Of a stretch of DNA of 64,000 nt, positions 1 to 13,762 are shown piece by piece; the stretch's first letter is position 1; each line of letters begins with the position of its first letter. The notes under the pieces were generated by a model. The model made no database searches. It was not told the origin of the DNA and saw only the letters and a program-made list of their open reading frames with translations. The stretch lies in contig NC_087436.1 in NCBI RefSeq assembly GCF_036321535.1, forward strand, positions 2,046,001 to 2,110,000, in the 5' to 3' direction. Origin of the DNA: Camelus dromedarius (taxonomy: Eukaryota). The translations under genes were made by a program, and so were the position numbers.

Positions 1-3000
1 CACACTTATCTCTCAGAACTGAGCATGTGGAGACACTTTCGTTCATCTATCACAAAGGGAACGGGTTGCAGGAGAAAATTTTACTCTGGTTTCTCAGTCT
101 GTTTCCTAGTGCCCGTTTGAAGTTCCTGCAGTTTTCTCTGTAAAACCGAGTTGGAGCTAGTACCTCCCCATATATATGTATGGATTGGAGTTTGCAACTG
201 AAGAGAAACTTTGTGTTCCCAACAAGCTATGTGAAGGACTTATTTCACACACAATTATCTCTGAGAACTGAGCATGTGGAGAGACGTTCGTTCATCTAGC
301 ACAAAGGAAACGGGTAGCAGGATAAACTTTTACTCTGGTTTCTCAGTCTGTTTAGTGTTGGCGGTTTGAAGTTCCTGCAGTTTTCACTGTAAAACCGAGT
401 TGGATTTAGTACCTCCCCATATATATGTATGGAGTGGAGTTTGCAACTGAAAAGAAACTTTCTTTTCCCAACAAGCTAGGGGAAGGACGGCATTAACACA
501 CACTTATCTCTCAGAACTAAGCATGTGGAGAGACGTTCGTTCATCTAGCACAAAGGGAACGGGTTGCAGGTGAAACTTTTACTCTGGTTTCTCAGTCTGT
601 TTCCTAGTGCCGGTTTGAAGTTTCTGCAGTTTTCACCGTAAAACCGTGTTGGAGCTAGTACCTCCGCATATATATGTATGGATTGGAGTGTGCAAGTGAA
701 AAGAAACTTTGTGTTCCCAACAAGCTAGGTGAAGGACGGCTTTCACACACACTTATCTCTCAGAACTGAGCATGTGGGGAGACGTCCGTTCACCTAGCAC
801 AAAGGGAACGGGTTGCAGGAGGAACTTTTACTCTGGTTTCTAAGTCTGTTTCCTAGTGCAGGTTTTAAGTTCCTGCAATTTTCACTGTAAATCCGAGTTG
901 GGGCTAGTACCTCCCCATATATATGGATGGATTGGAGTTCGCAACTGAAAAGAAACTTTGTGTTCCCAACAAGCTAGGTGAAGGACGGCTTTCACACACA
1001 CTTATCTCTCAGAACTGGGCAAGTGGAGACACGTTCGTTCATCTAGCACAAAGGGAAATGTTTGCAGGAGAAAGTTTTTCTCTGGTTTGTCAGTCTGTTT
1101 CCTGTTGCCGGTTTAAAGTTCCTGCAGTATTCACTGTAAAACCGAGTTGTGGCTTGAACATCCCCATGTATATGTATGGATTGGAGTTTTCAAGTGAAAA
1201 GAAACTTTGTGTTCCCAACAAGCTAAGTGAAGGACGGCTTTCACACACACATTTCTCTCAGAACTGAGCATCTGAGAGACGTTCGTTCATCTAGCACAAA
1301 GGGAACTGGTTGCAGGAGAAACTTTTACTCATTTATCTCAGTCTGTTTCTTAGTGCCGGTTTGGAGTTCTTGCAGTTTTCACTGTAACACCGAGTTGGGT
1401 CTAGTACCTCCCCATATATATGTATGGAGTGCAGTTTGCATCTGAAAAGAAACTTTGTGTTCCCCAGAAGCTAGGTGAAGGACGGCTTTCACACACACTT
1501 ATCTCTCAGAACTGAGCATCTGGAGAGACTTTCGTTCATCTAGCACAAAGAGAGAGGGTGGCAGGAGAAAATTTTACTCTTGTTTCTCAGTCTGTTTCCT
1601 AGTGCCGGTTTGAAGTTCCTGCAGTTTTCACTGTAAAATAGTGTTGGGGCTACTACCTCCCCATATATATGCATGGAGTGGAGTTTGCAAATCAAAAGAA
1701 ACATTGTGTTTCCAACAAGCTATGTGAAGGACGGCTTTCACACACACTTATCTCTCAGATCTAGGCAATTGGAGAGACGTTCGTTCATCTAGCAAAAAGA
1801 GAACGGTTTGCAGGAGAAATTTTTCTCTGGTTTCTCAGTCTGTTTCCTGTTGCCGGTTTAAAGTTCCTACAGTTTTCACTTCAAAACCGAGTTGGAGCTT
1901 GTACCACCCCATATATATGTATGGATTGGAGTTTGCAACTTAAAGGAACTTTGTGTTCCCAAGAAGCTAGGTGAAGGACGGCTTTCACACACACTTATCT
2001 CTCAGAACTGAGCATGTGGAGAGACGTTCGTTCATCTAGCACAAAGGGAACGGGTTGCAGCTGTAACTTTTACTCTGGTTTCTCAGTCTTTTTCCTAGTG
2101 CCGGTTTGAAATTCCTGCAGTTTTCACTGTAAAACAGAGTTGGAGCTAGTACCTCCGCATATATATGTATGGATTGGAGTTTGCAATTGAAAAGAAACTT
2201 TGTGTTCCCAACAAGCTAGGTGAAGGACGGCTTTCACACACACTTATCTCTCAGAAATGAGCATGTGGATAGACGTTCGTTCATCTAGCACAAAGGGAAC
2301 GGGTTGCAGGAGAAACTTTTACTCTGTTTTCTCAGTCTGTTTCCTAGTGCCGTTATGAAGTGCCTTCAGTTTTCACTGTAAAACAGAGTTGGAGCTAGTA
2401 CCTCCCCATATATATGAATAGAGTGGAGTTTGCAACTGAAAAGAAACTTTGTGTTCCCAACAAGCTAGGGGAATGACGGCATTAACACACACTTATCTCT
2501 CAGAAATAAGCATGTGGAGACACGTTCGTTCATCTAGCACAAAGGGAACGGGTTGCAGGTGAAACTTTTACTCTGGTTTCTCAGTCTGTTTCCTAGTGCC
2601 CGTTTGAAGTTCCTGCAGTTTTCACTGTAAAACCGAGTTGGAGCTAGTACCTCCCCATATATATGTATGGATTGGAGTTTGCAACTGAAAAGAAACTTTG
2701 TGTTCCCAACAAGCTAGTTGAAGGACGGCTTTCACACACACTTATCTCTCAGAACTGAGCATGTGGAGAGACGTTCGTTCATCTAGCACAAATGGAACGG
2801 GTTGCAGGAGAAACTTTTACTCTGGTTTCTCAGTCTGTTTCCTAGTGCTGGTTTGAAGTTTCTGCAGTTTTCACTGTAAAACCGTGTTGGAGCTACTACC
2901 TCCGCATATATATGTATGGATTGGAGTTTGCAAGTGAAAAGAAACTTTGTGTTCCCAACAAGCTATGTGAAGGACGGCTTTCACACACACTTATCTCTCA

Positions 3001-6000
3001 GAACTGAGCATGTGGGGAGACGTCCGTTCACCTAGCACAAAGGGAACGGGTTGCAGGAGGAACTTTTAGTCTGGTTTCTCAGTCTGTTTCCTAGTGCAGG
3101 TTTTAAGTTCCTGCAATTTTCACTGTAAATCCGAGTTGGGGCTAGTACCTCCCCATATATATGGATGGATTGGAGTTCGCAACTGAGAAGAAACTTTGTG
3201 TTCCCAACAAGCTAGGTGAAGGACGGCTTTCACACACACTTATCTCTCAGAACTGGGCAAGTGGAGAGACGTTCGTTCATCTAGCACAAAGGGAAATGGT
3301 TGCAGGAGAAAGTTTTTCTCTGGTTTGTCAGTCTGTTTCCTGTTGCCGGTTTAAAGTTCCTGCAGTTTTCACTGTAAAACCGAGTTGTGGCTTGTACCTC
3401 CCCATGTATATGTATGGAGTGCAGTTTGCAACTGAAAAGAAACTTTGTGTTCCCCAGAAGCTAGGTGAAGGACGGCTTTCACACACACTTATCTCTCAGA
3501 ACTGAGCATCTGGAGAGACGTTCGTTCATCTAGCACAAAGAGAGCGGGTGGCAGGAGAAACTTTTACTCTGGTTTCTCAGTCTGTTTCCTAGTGCCGGTT
3601 TGAAGTTCCTGCAGTTTTCACTGTAAAACAGTGTTGGGGCTACTACCTCCCCATATATATGCATGGAGTGGAGTTTGCAAATGAAAAGAAACATTGTGTT
3701 CCCAACAAGCTATGTGAAGGACGGCTTTCACACACACTTATCTCTCAGATCTGGGCAATTGGAGAGACGTTCTTTCATCTAGCAAAAAGAGAACCGGTTG
3801 CAGGATAAATTTTTCTCTGGTTTCTCATTCTGTTTCCTGTTGCCGGTTTAAAGTTCCTGCAGTTTTCACTGTAACACCGAGTTGGAGCTTGTACCACCCC
3901 ATATATATGTATGGATAGGAGTTTGCAACTTAAAGGAACTTTGTGTTCCCAAGAAGCTAGGTGAAGGACGGCTTTCACACACACTTATCTCTCAGAACTG
4001 AGCATGTGGAGAGACGTTCATTCATCTAGCACAAAGGGAACGGGTTGCAGGAGAAACTTTTACTCTGGTTTCTCAGTCTGTTTCCTAGTGCCGGTTTGAA
4101 GTTCCTGCAGTTTTCACTGTAAAACTGAGTTGTGGCTTGCACCTCCCCATGTATATGTATGGATTCGAGTTTGCAAGTGAAAAGAAACTTTATGTTCCCA
4201 ACAAGCTATGTTAAGGACGGCTTTCACACACACTTTTCTCTCAGAACTGAGCATCTGAGAGACGTTCGTTCATCTAGCACAAAGGGAACGGGTTGCAGGA
4301 GAAACTTTTACTCATTTATCTCAGTCTGTTTCCTAGTGCCGGTTTGGAGTTCCTGCAGTTTTCACTGTAACACCGAGTTGGGTCTAGTACCTCCCCATAT
4401 ATATGTATGGAGTGCAGTTTGCAACTGAAAAGAAACTTTGTGTTCCCCAGAAGCTAGGTGAAGGACGGCTTTCACACACACTTATCTCTCAGAACTGAGC
4501 TTCTGGAGAGACGTTCGTTCATCTAGCACAAAGAGAAAGGGTGGCAGGAGAAACTTTTACTCTGGTTTCTCAGTCTGTTTCCTAGTGCCGGTTTGAAGTT
4601 CCTGCAGTTTTCACTGTAAAATAGTGTTGGGGCTACTACCTCCCCATATATATGCATGGAGTGGAGTTTGCAAATGAAAAGAAATTTTGTGTTCCCAACA
4701 AGCTATGTGAAGGACGGCTTTCACACACACTTATCTCTCTGATCTGGGCAATTGGAGAGACGTTCGTTCATCTAGCAAAAAGAGAACGGGTTGCAGGAGA
4801 AATTTTTCTCTGGTTTCTCAGTCTGTTTCCTGTTGCCGGTTTAAAGTTCCTGCAGTTTTCACTGTAAAACCGAGTTGGAGCTTGTACCACCCCATATATA
4901 TGTATGGATTGGAGTTTCCAACTTAAAGGAACTTTGTGTTCCCAAGAAGCTATGTGAAGGACGGCTTTCACACAAACTTATCTCTCAGAACTGAGCATGT
5001 GGAGAGACGTTCGTTCATCTAGCAAAAAGGGAACGGGTTGCAGCTGTAACTTTTACTCTGGTTTCTCAGTCTTTTTCCTAGTGACGGTTTGAAATTCCTG
5101 CAGTGTTCACTGTAAAACCGAGTTGGAGCTAGTACCTCCCCATAAATATGTATGGAGTGGAGATTGCAACTGAAAAAAAACTGTGTTCCCAACAAGCTAG
5201 GTGAAGGGCGGCTTTCACACACACACTTATATCTCAGAACTGAGCATGTGGAGAGACTTTCGTTCATCTAGCACAAAGGGAACGGGTTGCAGGAGAAACT
5301 TTTACTCTGGTTTCTCAGTCTGTTTCCTAGTGCCGGTTTGAATTTCCTGCAGTTTTCACTGTAAAACAGAGTTGGAGCTAGTACCTCCGCATATATATGT
5401 ATGGATTGGGGTTTGCAAGTGAAAAGAAACTTTGTGTTCCCAACAAGCTAGGTGAAGGACGGCTTTCACACACACTTATCTCTCAGAACTGAGCATGTGG
5501 AGAGAAGTTCGTTCATCTAGCACAAAGGGAACGGGTTTCAGGAGAAACTTTACTCATTTTTCTCAGTGTGTTTCCTAGTGCCGTTTTGAAGTGCCTTCAG
5601 TTTTCACAGTAAAACAGAGTTGGAGCTAGTACCTCCCCATATATATGTATGGAGTGGAGTTTGCAACTGAAAAGAAACTTTGTGTTCCCAACAAGCTAGT
5701 TGAAGGACGGCTTTCACACACACTTATCTCTCAGAACTGAGAATGTGGAGAGACGTTCGTTCATCTAGCACAAAGGGAAATGGTTGCAGGAGAAAGTTTT
5801 TCTCTGGTTTGTCAGTCTGTTTCCTGTTGCCGGTTTAAAGTTCCTGCAGTTTTCACTGTAAAACCGAGTTGTGGCTTGTACATCCCCATGTATATGTATG
5901 GAGTGCAGTTTGCAACTGAAAAGAAACTTTGTGTTCCCCAGAATCTAGGTGAAGAACGGCTTTCACACACACTTATCTCTCAGAACTGAGCATGTGGAGA

Positions 6001-6220
6001 GACGTTCGTTCATCTAGCAAAAAGGGAATGGTTTGCAGCTGTAAATTTACTCTGGTTTCTCAGTCTTTTTCCTAGTGCCGGTTTGAAGTTCCTGCAGTGT
6101 TCACTGTAAAACCGAGTTGGAGCTAGTACCTCCCCATAAATATGTATGGAGTGGAGATTGCAACTGAAAACAAACTGTGTTCCCAACAAGCTAGGTGAAG
6201 GGCGGCTTTCACACACACAC
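1..6220 (+). repeat. Array domain I: degenerate higher-order repeat with its own monomer variants
   Basis: Variants GTGGGGAGACGTCCGTTCACC, AACTGGGCAAGTGG, GTTGTGGCTTG, GATCT(G/A)GGCAATTGG and GCAGCTGTAA recur in the same order at ~0.75-2.1, ~3.0-4.0 and ~4.1-5.1 kb. ORFs 923 and 3161 are offset by 2238 bp (9 monomers). I did not see these variants after ~6.2 kb. Confidence 0.8.
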
Positions 6221-9200
6221 TTATCTCTCAGAACTGAGCATGTGGAGAGGCGATCGTTCATCTAGCAAAAAGGGATCGGGTTGCAGGATAAACTTTTACT
6301 CCGGATTCTCAGTCTGTTTCCTAGTGCCGGTTTGAAGTTCCTGCAGTTTTCACTGTAAAACTGAGTTGGAGCTAGTACCTCCCCATAAATATGTGTGGAG
6401 TGGAGTTTGCAACTGAAAAGAAACTTTGTGTTCCCAACAAGCTAGGTGAAGGACGGCTTTCACACACACTTATCTCTCAGAACTGAGCATGTGGAGAGAC
6501 GTTCATTCATCTAGCACAAAAGGAACGGGTTGCAGGAGAAACTTTTACTCTGGTTTCTCTGTCTGTTTCCTAGTGCCGGTTTGAACTTAATGCAGTTTTC
6601 ACTGTAAAACCGAATTGGTGCTAGTACCTCCCCATATATATGTATGCAGTGGAATTTGCAACTGAAAAGAAACTTTGTGTTCCCAACAAGATAGGTGAAG
6701 GACGGCTTTCACACACACTTATCTCTCAGAACTGAGCATGTGGAGAGACGTTCGTTCATCAAACACAAATGGAACGGTTTGCAGCAGAAAATTTTACTCT
6801 GGTTTCTCAGAGTGTTTCCTAGTGCCGGTTTGAAGTTCCTGCAGTTTTCACTGTAAAATCGATTTGGAGCTAGTACCTCCCCATATATATTTATGGAGTG
6901 GAGTTTGCAACTGAAAAGAAACTTTGTGTTCCCAACAAGCTAGGTGAAGTACGGCTTTCACACACACTTATCTCTCAGAACTGAGCATGTGGAGAGACGT
7001 TCGTTCATCTAGTACAAAGGGAACTGTTTGCAGGGAAACTTTTACTCTGGTTTCTCAGTCTGTTTCCTAGTTCCGGTTTGAAGTTCCTGCAGTTATCACT
7101 GTAGAACCGATTTGGAGCTAGTACCTCCCCATATATATATGGAGTGGAGTTTGCAACTGAAAAGGAACATTGTGTTCCCAACAAGCTAGGTTAAGGTCGG
7201 CTTTCACACACACTTATCTTTCAGAACTGAGCATGTGGAGAGACGTTCGTTCATCTAGCACAAAGGGAACGGGTTGCAGTAGAAACTTTTACTCTGGTTT
7301 CTCAGTCTTTTTCCTAGTGCCGGTTTGAAGTTCCTGCAGTTTTCACTGTAAAACCGAGTTGGAGCTATTACCTCCCCATAAATATATATGGAGTGTGGTT
7401 TGCAACTGAAAAGAAACTTTGTGTTCCCAACAAGCTAGGTGAAGGACGGCTTTCACACACACTTAGCTCTCAGAACTGAGAATGTGGAGAGACGATCGTT
7501 CATCTAGCACAAAGGGAACGGGTTGCAGGAGAAACTTTTACTCTGGTTTCTCAGTCTGTTTCCTTGTGCCGGTTTGAAGTTCCTGCAGTTTTCACTGTAA
7601 AGCCGAGTTGGAGCTAGTACCTCCCCATATATATGTATGGAGTGGAGTTTGCAACTGAATAGAAACTTTGTGTTCCCAACAAGCTAGGTGAAGGACGGCT
7701 TTCACACACACTTATCTCACAGAACTGAGCATGTTGAGAGACGATCTTTCATCAAGCACAAAGGGAACGGTTTGCAGGAGAAACTTTTACTCTGGATTCT
7801 CAGTCTGTTTCCTAGTGCCGGTTTGAAGTTCCTGCAGTTTTCACTGTAAAACCGTGTTGGAGCTAGTACCACCCCATATATATGTATGGATTGGATTTTG
7901 CAAGTGAAAAGAAACCTTGTTTTCCCTACAAGCTAGGTGAAGGACGGCATTCACACACACTTATCTCTCAGAACTGAGCATGTGGAGAGACGTTCGTTCA
8001 CCTAGCAAAAATGGAACGAGTTGTAGTAGTAACTTTTACTCTGGTTTCCCAGTCTGTTTCCTAGTGCCCGTTTGAAGTTCCTGCAGTTTTCACTGTAAAA
8101 CCGAGTTGGGGCTAGTACCTCCCCATATATATGTATGGAGTGGGCTTTGCAACTGAAAAGAAATTTTGTGTTCCCAAAAAGCTAGGTGAAGGACGGCTTT
8201 CACACACAATTATCTCTCAGAACTGAGCATGTGGAGAGACGTTCGTTCACCTAGCAAAAATGGAACGAGTTGTAGTAGTAACTTTTACTCTGGTTTCCCA
8301 GTCTGTTTCCTAGTGCCATTTTGAAGTTTTTGCAGTTTTCACTGTAATACCGAGTTGGAGCTAGTACTTCCCATAAATATATATGGACTGGAGTTTGCAA
8401 CTGAAAAGAAATTTTGTGTTCCCAACAAGCTAGGTGAAGGACGGCTTTCACACACACTTATCTCTAAGAAATGAGCATGTGAAGAGACGATCGTTCATCA
8501 AGCACAAAGGGAACGGGTTGCAGGAGAAACTTTTACTCTGGATTCTCAGTCTGTTTCCTAGTGCCGGTTTGAAGTTTCTGCAGTTTTCAATGTAAAACCG
8601 AGTTGGAGCTAGTACCTCCCCATTAAAATGTATGGAGTGGAGTTTGCAACTGAAAAGAAACTTTGTGTTCCCAACAAGCTAGGTGAAGGACGGCTTTCAC
8701 ACACAATTATCTCTCAGAAATGAGCATATGGAGAGACGTTCGTTCATTTAGCACAAAGGGAACGGTTTGCAGGAGAAACTTTTACTCTGGATTCTCAGTC
8801 TGTTTCCTAGTGCCGGTTTGAAGTTCCTGCAGTTTTCTCTGTAAAATCGAGTTGGAGTTAGAACCTCCCCATATATATGTATAGATTGCAGTTTGCAAGT
8901 GAAAAGAAACATTGAGTTCCCAACAAGCTTGGTGAAGGACGGCATTCACACACACTTATCTCTCAGAACTGAGCATGAGGAGAGACGTTCGTTCATCTAG
9001 CACAAAGGGAACGGGTTGCAGGAGAAACTTTTACTCTGGTTTCTCAGTCTGTTTCCTAGTGCCGGTTTGAAGTTCCAGCAGTTTTCACTGCAAAATCGTG
9101 TTGGAGCTAGTACCTCCCCATATATATGTATGGATTGGAGTTTGCAAGTGAAAAGAAACTTTGTGTTCCCAACAAGCTAGGTGAAGTATGGCTTTCAGAC

Positions 9201-12200
9201 ACACTTATCACTCAGAACTGAGCATGTGGAGAGACGTTCGTTCATCTAGCACAAAGGGAACGGGTTGTAGGAGAAACTTTTACTCTGGTTTCTCAGTCTG
9301 TTTCCTAGTGCCGATTTGAAGTTCCTGCAGTTTTCACTGTAAAACCGAGTTGGGGCTAGTACCTCCCCATATATATGTATGGAGTGGAGCTTGCAAATGA
9401 AAAGAAACTTTGTGTTCCCAACAAGCTAGGTGAAGGACGGCTTTCACACACATTTTTCACTCAGAACTGAGCATGTGGAGAGACGTTCGTTCATCTAGCA
9501 AAATGGGAACGGGTTGCAGGAGAAACTTTTACTCTGGTTTCTCAGTCTTTTTCCTACTGCCTTTTTGAAGTTCCTGCAGTTTTCACTGTAAAACCGAGTT
9601 GGAGCTATTACCTCCCCATATATATGTATGGAGTGGAGTTTGCAAGTGAAAAGAATGTTTGTGTTCCCAACAAGATAGGTGAAGGACGGCTTTCACACAC
9701 ACTTATCTCTCAGAACTGAGCATGTGGAGAGAAGTTCGTTCATCTAGCACGAAGGGAACAGTTTGCAGGAGAAACTTTTACACTGGTTTCTCAGTCTGTT
9801 TCCTAGTGACGGTTTGATGTTCCTGCTTTTCACTGTAAAACCGAGTTGGAGCTAGTAACTCCCCATAAATATGTATGGAGTGGAGTTTGCAACTCAAAAC
9901 AATCTTTGTATTCCCAACAAGCTAGGTGAAAGGCGGCTTTCCCACACACTTATCTCTCAGAACTGAGCATGTGGAGAGACGTTCGTTCATTTAGCACAAA
10001 GGGAACGCTTTGCAGGAGAAACTTTTATTCTGGTTTCTCAGTCTGTTTCCTAGTGCCGGTTTGAAGTTCCTGCAGTTTTCACTGCAAAACCGAGTTGGAA
10101 CTAGAACATCCCCATATATATGTATGGATTGGAGTTTGCAAGTGAAAAGAAACATTGTGTTCCCAACAAGTTATTTGAAGGACGGCTTTCACACACACTT
10201 ATCTCTCAGAACTGAGCATGTGGAGAGACGATCGTTCATCAAGAACAAAGGGAACGGGTTGCAGGAGAAACTTATACTCTGGATTCTCAGTCTGTTTCCT
10301 AGTGCCGGTTTGAAGTTCCTGCAGTTTTCACTGTAAAACCGAGTTGGAGCTAGTGCCACCCCATAAATATGTATGGAGTTGGGTTTGCAACTGAAAAGAA
10401 ACTTTTTCTTCCCAACAATCTACGTGAAGGAGGGCTTTCACACACACTTATCTCTCAGAACTGAGCATGTGGAGAGACGTTCGTTCATCTAGCAAAAAGG
10501 GAACGGGTTGCAGGAGAAACTTTTACTCTGGTTTCTCAGTCTTTTTCCTACTGCCGGTATGAAGATCCTGCAGTTTTCACTGTAAAACCGATTTAGAGCT
10601 AGTACCTCCCCATAAATATGTATGGAGTGGAGTTTGCAACTGAAAAGAAACTTTGTGTTCCCAACAAGCTATGTGAAGGACGGCTTTCATACACACTTAT
10701 CTCTCCGAAATGAGCATGTGGAGAGAGGGTCGTTCATCAAGCACAAAGGGAACGGGTTGCAGGGGAAACTTTTACTTGGATTCTCAGTCTATTTCCTAGT
10801 GCCGGTTTGAAGTTCCTGCAGTTTTCACTGTAAAACTGAGTTGGAGCTAGTACCTCCACATAAATATGTATGGAGTGGAGTTTGCAACTGAAAAGAAACT
10901 TTGTGTTCCCAACAAGCTAGGTGAAGGACGGCTTTCACACACACTTATCTCTCAGAACTGAGCATGTGGAGAGACGTTCATTCATCTAGCACAAAGGGAA
11001 CGGGTTGCAGGAGAAACTTTTACTCTGGTTTCTCTGTCTGTTTCCTAGTGCCGGTTTGAACTTAATGCAGTTTTCACTGTAAAACCGAGTTGGAGCTAGT
11101 ACCTCCCCATATATATGTATGCAGTGGAGTTTGCAACTGAAAAGAAACTTTGTGTTCCCAACAAGATAGGTGAAGGGCGGCTTTCACACACACTTATCTC
11201 TCAGAACTGAGCATGTGGAGAGACGTTCGTTCATCAAACGCAAATGGAACGGTTTGCAGCAGAAAATTTTACTCTGGTTTCTCAGACTGTTTCCTAGTGC
11301 CGGTTTGAAGTTCCTGCAGTTTTCACTGTAAAATCGATTTGGAGCTAGTACCTCCCCATATATATTTATGGAGTGGAGTTTGCAACTGAAAAGAAACTTT
11401 GTGTTCCCAACAAGCTAGGTGAAGTACGGCATTCACACACACTTATCTCTCAGAACTGAGCATGTGGAGAGACGTTCGTTCATCTAGTACAAAGGGAACG
11501 GTTTGCAGGGAAACTTTTACTCTGGTTTCTCAGTCTGTTTCCTAGTGCCGGTTTGAAGTTCCTGCAGTTTTCACTGTAGAACCGAGTTTTAGCTAGTACC
11601 TCCCCATATATATATGGAGTGGAGTTTGCAACTGAAAAGGAACATTGTGTTCCCAACAAGCTAGGTGAAGTTCGGCTTTCACACACACTTATCTTTCAGA
11701 ACTGAGCATGTGGAGAGACGTTCGTTCATCCAGCACAAAGGGAACGGGTTGCAGTAGAAACTTTTACTCTGATTTCTCAGTCTTTTTCCTAGTGCCGGTT
11801 TGAAGTTCCTGCAGTTTTCACTGTAAAACCGAGTTGGAGCTATTACCTCCCCATAAATATATATGGACTGGGGTTTGCAACTGAAAAGAAACTTTGTGTT
11901 CCCAACAAGCTAGGTGAAGGACGGCTTTCACACACACTTAGCTCTCAGAACTGAGAATGTGGAGAGACGATCTTTCATCTAGCACAAAGGGAACGGGTTG
12001 CAGGAGAAACTTTTACTCTGGTTTCTCAGTCTGTTTCCTAGTGCCGGTTTGAAGTTCCTGCAGTTTTCACTATAAAACCGAGTTGGAGCTAGTACCTCCC
12101 CATATATATGTATGGAGTGGAGTTTGCAACTGAATAGAAACTTTGTGTTCCCAACAAGCTAGGTGAAGGACGGCTTTCACACACACTTATCTCACAGAAC

Positions 12201-12792
12201 TGAGCATGTTGAGAGACGATCTTTCATCAAGCACAAAGGGAACGGTTTGCAGGAGAAAATTTTACTCTGGATTCTCAGTCTGTTTCCTAGTGCCGGTTTG
12301 AAGTTCCTGCAGTTTTCACTGTAAAACCGAGTTGGAGCTAGTACCACCCCATATATATGTATGGATTTTATTTTGCAAGTGAAAAGAAACCTTGTGTTCC
12401 CTACAAGCTAGGTGAAGGACGGCATTCACACACACTTATCTCTCAGAACTGAGCATGTGGAGAGACGTTCGTTCATCTAGCATGAAGGGAACATTTTGCA
12501 GGAGAAATTTTTACTCTGGTTTCTCAGTCTGTTTCCTAGTGCCGGTGTGAATTTCCTGCAGTTTTCACTGTAAAACCGAGTTGGAGCTAGTACCTCCCGA
12601 TAAATATTAATGGTGTGGAGTTTGCAACTGAAAAGAATCTTTGTATTCCCATGAAGCTAAGTGAAGGACGCCTTTCACAAACACTTATCTCTCAGAACAG
12701 AGCATTTGGAGAGACGGTCGTTCATCTAGCACAAAGTGAACGGGTTGCAGGAGAAAGGTTTACTCTGGTTTCTCAGTATGTTTCCTAGTGCA

Positions 12793-13762
12793 GATTTGAA
12801 GTTCCTGCAGTTTTCACTGTAAAACCGAGTTGGAGCTAGCACCTCCCCATTTATATGTATGGAGTGGACTTTTCAACTGAAAAGAAACTTTGTGTTCCCA
12901 ACAAGCTAGGTGAAGGACGGCTTTCACACACACATATCTCTCAGAACTTAGCATGTGGAGAGACGTTCGTTCATTTAGCACAAAGGAACGGTTTGCAGGA
13001 ATAACATTTACTCTGGAATCTCAGTCTGTTTCCTAGTGCCGGTTTGAAATTCTTGCAGTTTTCACTGTAAAACCGAGTTGGAGCTAGTACCTCCCCATAA
13101 ATATATATGGACTGGAGTTTGCAACTGAAAAGAAATTTTGTGTTCCCAACAAGCTAGGTGAAGGACGGCTTTCACACACACTTATCTCTAAGAAATGAGC
13201 ATGTGAAGAGACGATCGTTCATCAAGCACAAAGGGAACGGGTTGCAGGAGAAACTTTTACTCTGGATTCTCAGTCTGTTTCCTAGTGCCGATTTGAAGTT
13301 CCTGCAGTTTTCACTGTAAAACCGAGTTGGAGCTAGCACCTCCCCATTTATATGTATGGAGTGGACTTTTCAACTGAAAAGAAACTTTGTGTTCCCAACA
13401 AGCTAGGTGAAGGACGGCTTTCACACACACATATCTCTCAGAACTTAGCATGTGGAGAGACGTTCGTTCATTTAGCACAAAGGAATGGTTTGCAGGAGTA
13501 ACATTTACTCTGGGATCTCAGTCTGTTTCCTAGTGCCGGTTTGAAGTTCCTGCAGTTTTCACTGTAAAACCGAGTTGGAGCTAGTACCTCCCCATAAATA
13601 TATATGGACTGGAGTTTGCAACTGAAAAGAAATTTTGTGTTCCCAACAATCTAGGTGAAGGACGGCTTTCACACACACTTATCTCTAAGAAATGAGCATG
13701 TGAAGAGACGATCGTTCATCAAGCACAAAGGGAACGGGTTGCAGGAGAAACTTTTACTCTGG
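12793..13762 (+). repeat. Tandem duplication of a 2-monomer unit (period 497 bp)
   Basis: GCTAGCACCTCCCCATTTATATG..GGACTTTTC at ~12835 and ~13332. Each is followed by the same AACTTAGC/AACATTTA monomer and the TCTCTAAGAAATGAGCATGTGAAG monomer. Confidence 0.8.

Noticed and set aside
37..66. CENP-B-box-like pieces TTCGTT...GGAACGGG
   Set aside because: The canonical box is nTTCGnnnnAnnCGGGn, with 7 nt between TTCG and CGGG. Here the gap is 20 nt, and I saw no canonical match on either strand.
168..183. TATA-box-like ATATATAT/ATAAATAT as a promoter
   Set aside because: It is a short AT dinucleotide tract with 2-bp slippage variants in every monomer. Nothing else indicates promoter function.
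1..249. Homology to primate alpha satellite (AGAAACTT, GAGTTG, GCAGTTT motifs)
   Set aside because: Only scattered 6-8 nt matches, and the period is not 171 bp or a multiple of it.
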